Below, one piece after another: positions 14,477-23,998 of a stretch of DNA of 32,000 nucleotides. The notes beneath the pieces are model-generated. The model did not search any database. It was given only the letters and a program-made list of their open reading frames with translations, and was not told the origin of the DNA. Positions within the stretch are counted from its first letter, which is position 1. Every line of letters starts with the position of its first letter. The stretch is from Promethearchaeota archaeon (GTDB taxonomy: Archaea > Asgardarchaeota > Lokiarchaeia > Sigyniarchaeales > Promethearchaeaceae), in NCBI GenBank assembly GCA_016933055.1, contig JAFGBS010000014.1, forward strand, positions 180,001 to 212,000. Reading direction: 5' to 3'. Made by a program: the position numbers and the translations under genes.

Positions 14477-17134
14477 TTATTCGCGAGGGAAAAGTATTTG
14501 TGCCTGTGCTGCTGATAATCTTGCAACTGGAATACGGAATGGCGAGCAGCTCACATAGTTCAAACCTATTTTATGACAGAATTCTACGCTAGCAGGGTCT
14601 CCCCCATGTTCTCCGCAGATTCCTATTTCAAGATCTGGACGAGTGTTTCTGCCTTCCTTAACTCCCATCTTCATAAGTTTTCCAACCCCAATCTGATCAA
14701 GGGATGCAAAAGGATTTTCTTCCAATATTCCCTTTTCCAAATAAAACGGGATGAATTTTCCTTCAGCATCATCCCGGGAAAAACCTAATGTCATCTGAGT
14801 TAAATCGTTTGTACCGAATGAGAAGAATTCTGCTTCTTGCGCAATCTCATCCGCAGTTAATGCAGCACGTGGAATTTCGATCATTGTTCCAAACATGTAG
14901 TGTAATTCCACACCAGATTCCCTGATGATTCTATCTGCGATTTTCTTCAATCCTTCTTTTACGGGTTTTAATTCCGAGATAAAACCGATTAAGGGGATCA
15001 TAACTTCAGGATATACTTCTACTCCTTCTTTTTTCAACTCGACTGCAGCTTCAAATATAGCTTCCACTTGCATATCGTTGATTTCTGGCCATTTCAATCC
15101 TAAACGACAACCCCGTAATCCCAACATTGGATTAGATTCGTGCAATCCCGAAACTAATTCAAGCATTTTCTCTTTTTCTTCTAATTCTGCTTTTACATCC
15201 TCGCCGTTTTTTACGCGGTATCGTAATAATGAAACTTCTGTAGTAATTGAGGTATAATCTGGAAGAAATTCATGCAATGGAGGATCCAATAACCGGATGA
15301 TAACTGGTTTTCCCGCCATGATTCGAAAGATACCTTTAAAATCTTCTTTCTGCATGGGTTTGATCTTTTCAAGTGCTTTTTTTCGTTCATCCGTACTTTT
15401 AGCTATAATCATTTCTCGAACCACAGGTAAACGCTCGGGAGCCATGAACATATGTTCTGTCCGTGCTAATCCTATCCCTTCAGCACCGAACTTGATTGCG
15501 TTTTTTGTGTCGGGGATTGTTTCTGAATTCGCATATACTCCAAGCTTACGAATCTCATCCGCCATCGCAAGTAATTCGTCAAATTCTCCACTAATTTCTG
15601 GTTCTAAGAGAGGAGCAGCTCCCTTGACTACTAATCCCGTGGATCCGTCAATAGTAATTACATCCCCCTCTTTGAATACTTGATTGTTTACACGAAAGAG
15701 TTTCTTTTTCACATCGATGAATAAATCACTAGCTCCACACACTGCAGGTTTTCCCATCCCTCGAGCAACAACAGCTGCATGTGAAGTTTTCCCTCCATGA
15801 ACAGTTAATACACCCTCAGAAGCCATTAACCCATGGATATCATCCGGTTTAGTTTCGGGACGGACTAAGATTACTTTTTTCCCTTGATTTGACCAGGTTT
15901 CTGCATCCTCCGGTTCGAATACAATTTGACCGGACACAGCTCCGGGAGATGCATTTATCCCCTTTGTAAGAAGTTCGTAGGTGGATTTTTCATCAATCCT
16001 TTTAAATAATAATCCAGTTAATTTATCCGCATCTACTCTAAGAATTGCTTCTTCTTTGGTAATTAATTCTTCTTTCATCATATCTATTGCAATTTTTACC
16101 ATCGCAACAGGAGTTCGTTTTCCATTTCGGGTTTGAAGAAGATAGAGGTTTCCTTCCTGAACGGTAAATTCAATATCTTGCATATCCTTATAATGATTCT
16201 CCAATTTTTCCATAAGAGTTGTGAGTTCTGTATAAGTAGCGGGGAATTCCTCTTCCATATCACTGAGTTTTTTTGGAGTTCTAATACCCGCAACAACGTC
16301 CTCCCCTTGGGCGTTTGTAAGATATTCACCCATAAATTGTTTCTCACCTGTAGCGGGATCACGTGTAAATGCAACACCTGTCAAAGACGTGTTTCCCATA
16401 TTCCCAAATACCATTTGTTGGATATTTACAGCGGTTCCAAAATTAGGGATACGGTTGAATTTTCGATAATATACGGCTCGGGGACTATTCCATGAATCAA
16501 ACACCGCACGTATTGATTTATATAATTGTTCTTTCGGATTATCTGGAAAATCTTCCCCAATCTTTTCTTTGTAAAGGATCTTATATTTCTGTATAATCTC
16601 TCTCAAGTGAGGGATTGTTAAATCCGTATCTTTTGCATTGGAACCGATTTTACTTTTAACCTCTTGCAGTATGTGCTCAAAATCATCATGATCGATTCCC
16701 ATTACCACATCCCCGAACATTTGAATAAATCTCCGGTAAGCATCCAAGGCAAATCGCTCATTTCCCGTTTTCTTTACAAGCGCTTCTAAGTTTTTTTCAG
16801 TCAATCCAAGATTTAATACCGTATCCATCATGCCAGGCATGGACATGGGTGCCCCGCTTCTAACACTAACTAATAACGGATCTTCATTGTCATTAAATTT
16901 TTTACCAGCTAATTTCTCTAAGTTTTTTAACGCAGCCTCCACTTTGGGAGTAATTTCTTCCAAAAATTTAGGATTTTTGAAGAATTCCAGACAAGCTTGA
17001 CATGTAATAGTAAATCCCTGCGGAATGGGAATCTTAAGTTTAGTCATCTCGGCAAGATTAGCTCCTTTTCCACCGAGTGTATTTTTAAGTTCCTTCGATC
17101 CTTCCGAAAACATATAAACATATTTTTCTGCCAT
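14477..17134 (-). CDS. ppdK: Pyruvate, phosphate dikinase
   Basis: LGGKGANLAEM, LLVSVRSGAPMSMPGMMDTVLNLG, phospho-His motif GGKTSHAAVVARG, FSFGTNDLTQ and CGEHGGDP. The ATG at 17134 is preferred over the upstream TTG at 17143. Confidence 0.98.
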   Translation of the reverse strand: MAEKYVYMFSEGSKELKNTLGGKGANLAEMTKLKIPIPQGFTITCQACLEFFKNPKFLEEITPKVEAALKNLEKLAGKKFNDNEDPLLVSVRSGAPMSMPGMMDTVLNLGLTEKNLEALVKKTGNERFALDAYRRFIQMFGDVVMGIDHDDFEHILQEVKSKIGSNAKDTDLTIPHLREIIQKYKILYKEKIGEDFPDNPKEQLYKSIRAVFDSWNSPRAVYYRKFNRIPNFGTAVNIQQMVFGNMGNTSLTGVAFTRDPATGEKQFMGEYLTNAQGEDVVAGIRTPKKLSDMEEEFPATYTELTTLMEKLENHYKDMQDIEFTVQEGNLYLLQTRNGKRTPVAMVKIAIDMMKEELITKEEAILRVDADKLTGLLFKRIDEKSTYELLTKGINASPGAVSGQIVFEPEDAETWSNQGKKVILVRPETKPDDIHGLMASEGVLTVHGGKTSHAAVVARGMGKPAVCGASDLFIDVKKKLFRVNNQVFKEGDVITIDGSTGLVVKGAAPLLEPEISGEFDELLAMADEIRKLGVYANSETIPDTKNAIKFGAEGIGLARTEHMFMAPERLPVVREMIIAKSTDERKKALEKIKPMQKEDFKGIFRIMAGKPVIIRLLDPPLHEFLPDYTSITTEVSLLRYRVKNGEDVKAELEEKEKMLELVSGLHESNPMLGLRGCRLGLKWPEINDMQVEAIFEAAVELKKEGVEVYPEVMIPLIGFISELKPVKEGLKKIADRIIRESGVELHYMFGTMIEIPRAALTADEIAQEAEFFSFGTNDLTQMTLGFSRDDAEGKFIPFYLEKGILEENPFASLDQIGVGKLMKMGVKEGRNTRPDLEIGICGEHGGDPASVEFCHKIGLNYVSCSPFRIPVARLSAAQAQILFPRE

Positions 17135-17331
17135 AAAAATCAATTTAATGTGATCATTTCTATCAGAACTGATGAGTGTGCTTATTAATCAATTAAAAAA
17201 AAGTTTGCCTTAGTAAAAATAAGACATTTCCCTTGAAGATAGTTGAAAAATGTCATATCCAAATATTATACTGGTATTTATTTTTAGGATAATCAAGTAT
17301 ACTAAATATAAAAACCGAGGATGCATCCGAA

Positions 17332-19248
17332 ATGATTGCACAACGGTATCGAACCCATTTGAAAAAAGTTTGTCCCGCGATAAATCAATGTATAGCTACA
17401 GCTAAGACTACTGATTCATTGTTTATAGTTACTGGAGATATCGAACACAATGTAACCGTTTATAATGAGCAGCTTGAACAGATTCAACAAATCCCTTTTA
17501 AAGGTTGGATCCGATGCTGTGATGCATACGATATTGATCACAATGGAAATCATGAAATTGCTATAGGTTCCGGAGATAATTCTGTACGTGTATTTCGCTA
17601 TGAAGAAGAAATCGGATATTCTGAATTGTGGAGGTATGATTTTAACAATAAAGTCACCACCATTACGATAGGGGATATTAATTATGATGGACGCGCGGAA
17701 GTTATCGCAGGTGGATGGGATAATTCTCTCAAAGTTTTTGATGGGTTGACCGGAGTTCTTCTTTGGGAATTGACTTTCGACGATTGGGTTACCCTTGCAA
17801 AAGTTTTGGATGTAAACCATGATGGATTACCAGAAGTTGTTGTAGGCTTAAAGAAAGGACAATTTGGAGTAATCAATGGAATCACTGGAGAATGTTTATG
17901 GGATCATTTATTCCAAAAAAGGATCAACGCATGTGATTTAGTTCATCTAGCCAACAATCCTTACCCTCACCTGCTTGCCGGAGGAGATGAAAACATATTA
18001 TATATTTTCGATTTTGAGGGTAATTTGGTGAATAAATTGGAAACTCCAGATCGAATCTTGTGTATTTCTCACGGTGATATCAATAAGGACAACTACAATG
18101 AAGTACTTCTAACATTAGCAGACAAACGATTATATGTGTATGAAAGTGAAGAAACCGGATTACCAGAAAACACTTCCTTAAAAATCCGATGGAGAGCTAC
18201 ATTAGATAACGTGGGTATGGGGTTAGTCATGTCCGATCAATTTAAAGATAATATTCCTCGAATAATTGTTACGGGATATTCCAAGGATGTTCGTATTCTT
18301 GAGGATTTTTTTTATGGAGCTGATTCTCAGAGAATACAAATCGAAGATTCGAACTATATCCCCCCAAAATTATCGAATCATGAGAAAAAAATGCGAGATT
18401 TAATGGGAACGGATGTAGATTTAGAATTTTTTAACGAGCCGAATGCTTTTTTTTTTCCAAAAAAAATTGAAACTTTGAATCAGCTTATTCCCTCACAATT
18501 TGAATCGAAATCGGAAAGCTTCACCTTCATGAATCTAAAGGAGATATATGAGAATAAGTATCTTCTGGAACGTCAAATCGAACAAATAAGGAATGAAAAT
18601 TTAGGAAAAGCAAAACCATTAGTTACATTTCCATCCCGCATTTGTAATTTGAACGAAATTCATGACTATAGCAACAAAATCGAGGTTCACACAAGTGTGA
18701 TGAAATCGGTTTCACAAAAGTCCGAAAGCATACCTACAGTGGAGTCATATAACGAAACCGATACTTCTCTCAAGATAAAATTCATTGAGATATTAAATTC
18801 AACGGAAATCATCAGTTCTAAAGCAAAAATGCAAGACCTTATGGAAGAGAATGGATTTACTGAAGAACAATTCGAAAGAATCTTCACGATATTAAAAGAT
18901 GAAGAAGGTATACTGACGTATAGTCGTTCAACTCCTCGTGGATATAGCATCTCAGTACAAGAAGCTCCTGCCGAAATTACTGAATCTTCCGTTACGATTA
19001 AAATTGAAGAAAGAAAGACTGTTTCAATTGATATTGAACCGAAAGATAGAGGTTTGGGTCTTCCTAATGAAGCTTTTTTCGACTTGATTAAAGAAAATCA
19101 GCCCGTCAGTTCAAAAGATAGACTTCTGGAACTTGCTGAATCTATTAATATTGACAAAAAAACTGCAGAACAATTAATTGAGCAATTTAAAGAACTTGGT
19201 GTAATAGAATACTCAAGAAGCACACCGCGTGGATGGTCTACTATTTAG
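17332..19248 (+). CDS. FG-GAP-repeat beta-propeller protein with two C-terminal winged-helix-like modules and no signal peptide
   Basis: Repeated DxNxDGxxE(I/V) loops (DIDHNGNHEI, DINYDGRAEV, DVNHDGLPEV, DINKDNYNEV) in residues ~1-330. The C-terminal duplication ends in YSRSTPRGY and YSRSTPRGW. Confidence 0.75.
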   Translation: MIAQRYRTHLKKVCPAINQCIATAKTTDSLFIVTGDIEHNVTVYNEQLEQIQQIPFKGWIRCCDAYDIDHNGNHEIAIGSGDNSVRVFRYEEEIGYSELWRYDFNNKVTTITIGDINYDGRAEVIAGGWDNSLKVFDGLTGVLLWELTFDDWVTLAKVLDVNHDGLPEVVVGLKKGQFGVINGITGECLWDHLFQKRINACDLVHLANNPYPHLLAGGDENILYIFDFEGNLVNKLETPDRILCISHGDINKDNYNEVLLTLADKRLYVYESEETGLPENTSLKIRWRATLDNVGMGLVMSDQFKDNIPRIIVTGYSKDVRILEDFFYGADSQRIQIEDSNYIPPKLSNHEKKMRDLMGTDVDLEFFNEPNAFFFPKKIETLNQLIPSQFESKSESFTFMNLKEIYENKYLLERQIEQIRNENLGKAKPLVTFPSRICNLNEIHDYSNKIEVHTSVMKSVSQKSESIPTVESYNETDTSLKIKFIEILNSTEIISSKAKMQDLMEENGFTEEQFERIFTILKDEEGILTYSRSTPRGYSISVQEAPAEITESSVTIKIEERKTVSIDIEPKDRGLGLPNEAFFDLIKENQPVSSKDRLLELAESINIDKKTAEQLIEQFKELGVIEYSRSTPRGWSTI

Positions 19249-19537
19249 ACTCACTTTCTAATTCTCTCTTCTCATCTATTTGCTTTTTCAATAGACCAAA
19301 AGTAGCATCAAAATACTGATCAACCAATGATAATTTTAGTAAAATTACTTTAATTCGCTTGACATCTTCTTCGGAGTTAATTTTTTCATACAATCTCAAA
19401 ATACTGGAACATAAACGCTCTGCAGTGCTGAAATCTTGATTGTTATATAAATCCACTGCGATTTGTTCTAAATCTTTTGCAGATTGTCTGATAAATTCAA
19501 TTTCGCTTTCTCTATCGGTTTCTTCGGAATCAGTCAA
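19241..19537 (-). CDS. Small all-helical protein with a TPR/SNAP-like helix pair
   Basis: 98 aa from a TTG start. AKDLEQIAVDLYNNQDFSTAERLCSSILRLYEKI resembles a TPR-type helical hairpin. The gene fills the gap between the neighbouring genes. Confidence 0.55.
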   Translation of the reverse strand: MTDSEETDRESEIEFIRQSAKDLEQIAVDLYNNQDFSTAERLCSSILRLYEKINSEEDVKRIKVILLKLSLVDQYFDATFGLLKKQIDEKRELESESK

Positions 19538-19607
19538 TAGGAATTAACACCTTATATGATAATTAAAAAAAAATATATTAAGCCCGTTAATTCGGGCATC
19601 GTAGAGT

Positions 19608-21770
19608 TTACATCGATTCTTGTGCATCTGATGGCTTTCCAGTTCCAGAAAGCTTGTATTTGATCTCAAATCGGTCTCCAGATTCGATCTTTTCAATCTT
19701 CCATTTCAAAACATCTAATCCTTCTTTCTTGGTTACTTCAACCGGTTCTAGGCTCAAACCGCTATATTCGAAATTCTCTGGTACTTTGTCTGCTACTTCA
19801 AAATTTCGGAGCACATAATCACCTGTATTTACGACATACAAGATAATCTCATATTCTCCTGTTGCTGCAAGACCAATAATTTCTTTACCACGGATCAATC
19901 TCTTTCTCACATGGATTACTGGAATTTCAATAACAGCAGGTCGTACTTCAAGTGCTTTTCCAGCGGGGTATGTGTTAGCTTGGTAGAGCACATCAGAGGT
20001 GTAAATAACTGTTTTATTTGGCTTGTCCGCAACAATGGGATAAGTTACTTGAATAATATCTCCTGGTTTAAATGCACCCAATGGTTTTTCTTTCAAGTCT
20101 TTCAGTTCCACTGTAACTCCATCCCTGTTAACAATTATCGTATCGACCTCAATTTCATCTCCATTATAAGTTACTACGACATCACTTGTTTCAGGCGGTC
20201 TAAATCCATCTTGGATATTTTCAGTGAGAATAACCTCATTAAGATCCGCTCCACCCGTGTTCTCTACTTTCATATTCACATGAAAAGTACTTTCTCGGAA
20301 GGAGGCAAGTTCTTTTTCATCATAAGATAGTTCCCCTGCAATTGAAGCAACGGCTAGTTCTACATCATTGATTTCCATCAAACCCTCGGTGGACACCATA
20401 TGGTCCGCTATCACGAAGAATTGTACCTTTGTCATAAATACGGGTTCTTGTCCAGGTTCCGATTGGTATTCCCAAATATTGGATTTCCATTTTGCACCCT
20501 CGGGTAGAGGAGGAACCTCACCAGGATCGATGTCTACATACTTCACTGAGGGATTCTTGACGTCATACACATCGGCATTTACTAAACGAAGTAAATATTC
20601 ACTTTTATTTTCAAAGACAAACTGGCATTCATATTTATCAGGTCTCTCATCAGTTTCATAAAATCCCTCATAGAATGAATTATTCGTGTATGCATCAAAT
20701 TTGTCGATACCTAAACCACTCAAGGTAATAGGAGCGTTGTATTTAACGAATATCTTACCAGAACGTACTTTTGTGTCTTTATCTTTGACTTTTACTTCTA
20801 ACTTAAGTTCAAGTTTTTCTTCAGCATTGGGTTTGAGTTCTTCTAATACCCATTTTACACCTCTACCTTCATCAAAATTTCCTTCATCCGCTTTTCCACT
20901 ACTTGATCGTAAAACTTTTGCACGTTCAAACAAATCAGGGATGAGTTTAGTTACTTCGATATTTTCAAGTTTGACATCCGTAATGTTCGTCACGATGATG
21001 GAATAATAAATTTCATTATCAGCATCTAAGACTAAAGAATAACTCTCCGTGTCTGGATCATTTAAGGTGCTAATGAACTCGGAAACGTCAATATGTCGTG
21101 CAGCTTTTTCCTTTACCTCATAGGTTTTCTCTTCTTTTTCCCCAGGAGCCAGCTCATAAATAGATATTGCCTCCTCCTCAAAGTCCGTACTGTCGATGTT
21201 TTTAAGACTTAAATCAATATCCCATAGTCGATCTTTTGTACTTACATTTTCAATACTGAACATACCAGAAGTGACACTTTCTTCTGCCGCATCAGTTCCG
21301 TCATGTTCTAAGTAGATTTTGCTATTTTCTAAAATTTTAACTGGTACAAGCTTCCCCTCTTTCTTTCCCGGAGTAAGTTTGATTACGCCTTCCTTCTTAC
21401 CAGAATCGCGGTCGATCGTCTGAATTTCGTCGGATTCGTAAGCCATCTTTCCGCTATCCATTTGTTTTCGCTTGTAATCTTGTGCTTCTGCATATTCTTT
21501 GCGTTCGTCTGCCCCAAAGCCTAATTTCCCTTGGAGAGACTTGATTTTTTCAAAGTAATCGCTGATTTCAGATGAAGTGCTTCCCCTAATTCGTTCCTCA
21601 GTTCCTTTATCGATTGAATCTCTTATGATATTCACGGAGTCTGTTGATAAATCAGAAGTTAAATTGGAATATTTACCAAAAAGAGCTTCTGAACTGATAT
21701 TCAAATTAGCTTTAAAACTTCTTCGTCCTATCTCAACGATTCCTAAGGGTCCTAAATCTAATTTTGCCAT
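19608..21770 (-). CDS. Cytoplasmic multi-beta-sandwich protein (DUF11-like repeats; mu-homology-domain-like segment)
   Basis: Repeated IxVxNxG...VxDxIP...WxIxxLxPGE-type strands and no signal peptide or TM helix. The ATG at 21770 has an SD-like AGGTTGA and is preferred over 21824. Confidence 0.65.
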   Translation of the reverse strand: MAKLDLGPLGIVEIGRRSFKANLNISSEALFGKYSNLTSDLSTDSVNIIRDSIDKGTEERIRGSTSSEISDYFEKIKSLQGKLGFGADERKEYAEAQDYKRKQMDSGKMAYESDEIQTIDRDSGKKEGVIKLTPGKKEGKLVPVKILENSKIYLEHDGTDAAEESVTSGMFSIENVSTKDRLWDIDLSLKNIDSTDFEEEAISIYELAPGEKEEKTYEVKEKAARHIDVSEFISTLNDPDTESYSLVLDADNEIYYSIIVTNITDVKLENIEVTKLIPDLFERAKVLRSSSGKADEGNFDEGRGVKWVLEELKPNAEEKLELKLEVKVKDKDTKVRSGKIFVKYNAPITLSGLGIDKFDAYTNNSFYEGFYETDERPDKYECQFVFENKSEYLLRLVNADVYDVKNPSVKYVDIDPGEVPPLPEGAKWKSNIWEYQSEPGQEPVFMTKVQFFVIADHMVSTEGLMEINDVELAVASIAGELSYDEKELASFRESTFHVNMKVENTGGADLNEVILTENIQDGFRPPETSDVVVTYNGDEIEVDTIIVNRDGVTVELKDLKEKPLGAFKPGDIIQVTYPIVADKPNKTVIYTSDVLYQANTYPAGKALEVRPAVIEIPVIHVRKRLIRGKEIIGLAATGEYEIILYVVNTGDYVLRNFEVADKVPENFEYSGLSLEPVEVTKKEGLDVLKWKIEKIESGDRFEIKYKLSGTGKPSDAQESM

Positions 21771-21923
21771 TATAATTTCAACCTTTTTTATTTTTAAAAA
21801 TTTTAAAGGATAATACATGATCATCTTTGGTCCTAAAAAAAATGAGCTTTTTTTTTTAAGAAAAAGTGCGATCCTCTATTCACGTATCGATGCAGAGCAG
21901 TTTTCTTATGGCTCTATTCTTCG

Positions 21924-22970
21924 CTAACATACACGAGGGATAGGTTCTCCATACGGTGTATCCAAAAATTTCGTACCTCCCCATTCAGATTGTAACAATA
22001 CCATCCCCAAATTCTCTCTTTGAGCAACGCCGACAATTTTTGCATCTTTACCTAATGGGTGTTCTCGCAATTTTTCAATGATGATATCCGTATAGTCTGG
22101 GTCTACTGCTAGTATTGCTTTGCCCTCAGACGCAAGATGGTAGGGATTTAATCCTAAAATGTCACAAATTGATCGAACTTCTGGTCGAATTCGGATTTCC
22201 TTTTCAGTTAGTAAAATTCCTACTTTCGATTGAGTTGCCCATTGATTTAACGCCGATGCTATTCCTCCCCTTGTTGGATCTTTCATTGCATGAATTCCAG
22301 TGAAATTATGCAAGTGTTCGATCAAATCCAGTAAGATCGTTACATCTGAATTTAATGCTGTCTTTAAATTAATACCATGACGATTTGCTATCAAAGCAGC
22401 TTCATGGTCTCCAAGCGGTCCCGTAACTATGATCGAATCTCCTGGTTGGACATTGTTGTCCGCTATTAGACGTGTTTTAGGTCGTAAACCTATTCCTGTC
22501 GTACTCATCATTAATTGGTCCAACTGGCCTTTCGGTAGTACCTTGGTATCTCCACATATTAGAGCTACACTATGCTTTTCTAGTGCAGAAGTAAACGAAT
22601 CCATTATCGTACGTAAATTTCGAAATGAAAAACCCTCTTCGATAAACACTGTAGAAGAAATCGCGATACATCTCGCTCCCATCATCGCTAGGTCATTAAT
22701 TGTACTCGCCGCACTCAGTAAACCAATATCCCCACCTGGAAAAACTAATGGATGGATAGTATGTCCATCTGAGGTGACTACAATCTCTAGATCAGAGTCT
22801 TGAAGGGGGATAGTAGCCCCATCATCAAACTCATCTATTCCAATACCTTGATCTACTCGTCTGATTTTTGCATTTAAAGTTAGGAATTTGATTAATTGCT
22901 CCTGTAAAACCCCTCCCGCCCCATGTGATAATAATACTACATCTTCGGGAGATTCTTGATGATTTTTCAT
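21924..22970 (-). CDS. hypE: Hydrogenase maturation protein HypE (carbamoyl dehydratase)
   Basis: LSHGAGG, FPGGDIG, NDLAMMGA, GDTKV, MKDPTRGG and the C-terminal PRVC with the reactive Cys. Confidence 0.95.
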   Translation of the reverse strand: MKNHQESPEDVVLLSHGAGGVLQEQLIKFLTLNAKIRRVDQGIGIDEFDDGATIPLQDSDLEIVVTSDGHTIHPLVFPGGDIGLLSAASTINDLAMMGARCIAISSTVFIEEGFSFRNLRTIMDSFTSALEKHSVALICGDTKVLPKGQLDQLMMSTTGIGLRPKTRLIADNNVQPGDSIIVTGPLGDHEAALIANRHGINLKTALNSDVTILLDLIEHLHNFTGIHAMKDPTRGGIASALNQWATQSKVGILLTEKEIRIRPEVRSICDILGLNPYHLASEGKAILAVDPDYTDIIIEKLREHPLGKDAKIVGVAQRENLGMVLLQSEWGGTKFLDTPYGEPIPRVC

Positions 22971-23050
22971 TGACTTGTACTAATAGAAAATTTTTTGTAT
23001 AATCAAATTTACGAATTCTCCTAGTACAACAAAACAAACCGCTTTCTGTT

Positions 23051-23953
23051 ATGTCAAAACTACCTAAATATATCGTTTCTCCATCGGATTCCGATAATTG
23101 GTTTATAATTGATTTGATAGATAAGAATATTAAAATTGATGTAGAAAAACGCGTTCTCACTTCACGATTTGATTGCCAACCGCATGATGTGCATATTTCA
23201 GGTTCCGATAAATCAGTGTGCTGTTCTCGGTATTGTTGTTATATGGGATGCTATATTTCTCCCTTGGAAATCAAATTTATTGAGGATCATCTACCCGAAA
23301 TAAAACGTTACCTCTCAGTAGAGAGTCAAGGTGTCTTGAAACAATATAAAGACGAGTTTTATTTACCTGAAGATTATGATCCCGAGGAAAATCTTTATAA
23401 AACCCGCTGTTCGCCCCATGAATCCACGCGTTTTTATTATGATGAGGATGTAAGTGAGGAAGAGATAGACGAGGATGAGAATGAAATTATCGAAATGATG
23501 GAGAATAATGATTCTGCAGATTTAGAAGATTTAGAATCAACTATTGATGAGATCCCTGATTGTTCGTGTCTTTTTCTAATGGAGGATGGATTATGTGCGG
23601 TACATAAATTTTGTGAGGATCAGAGAATAGATTGGACCCTTCATAAATTTAACATTTGTTCGACTTTTCCCATTGATATTCGCGTGACTCGAAATCAAAC
23701 GGCTAAAGATGCGCCATATCCAGAAGAGAAAAGGGTAGATGATGAATGCAGCACATTGAAAATGATGGATGATTATGAAGATTTTCTTTATACTCATATG
23801 AATTGTATTAATCTTTCTCCAAAGATCAAAGCACAAAAAAAAGTTCCCTATATTCTGGATTCTATGAAATATGCGATTGTGAGTAGATTTGGAGAAGAGA
23901 TTTGGCTTGCATTAAAGGAGTACGCTCTCCAGATACGACACCAAAAATCCTAG
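23051..23953 (+). CDS. Cys-rich DUF3109/YkgJ-like (CxxCxxCC-type) putative Zn or Fe-S binding protein
   Basis: CCSRYCCYMGC, CSCLFLMEDGLCAVH and KFNICSTFPI motifs, with a long acidic insertion. Confidence 0.7.
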   Translation: MSKLPKYIVSPSDSDNWFIIDLIDKNIKIDVEKRVLTSRFDCQPHDVHISGSDKSVCCSRYCCYMGCYISPLEIKFIEDHLPEIKRYLSVESQGVLKQYKDEFYLPEDYDPEENLYKTRCSPHESTRFYYDEDVSEEEIDEDENEIIEMMENNDSADLEDLESTIDEIPDCSCLFLMEDGLCAVHKFCEDQRIDWTLHKFNICSTFPIDIRVTRNQTAKDAPYPEEKRVDDECSTLKMMDDYEDFLYTHMNCINLSPKIKAQKKVPYILDSMKYAIVSRFGEEIWLALKEYALQIRHQKS

Positions 23954-23998
23954 ATTTTTAAATTGCCCGTTTCCCATTTTAATTAGAAGGGAATCAAA

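Noticed and set aside
17223-17254. GACATTT-N18-AAATGTC inverted repeat in the ppdK/propeller divergent promoter
   Set aside because: It is an AT-rich 7-bp arm with a long spacer and matches no operator I know; it is too weak without comparative data.
21924-22970. hypE considered as SelD/ThiL, or as a marker of a hydrogenase island
   Set aside because: HGAGG, DPTRGG and the terminal PRVC identify HypE. No other hyp or hydrogenase genes are in the window, and scattered hyp genes are ordinary in archaea.
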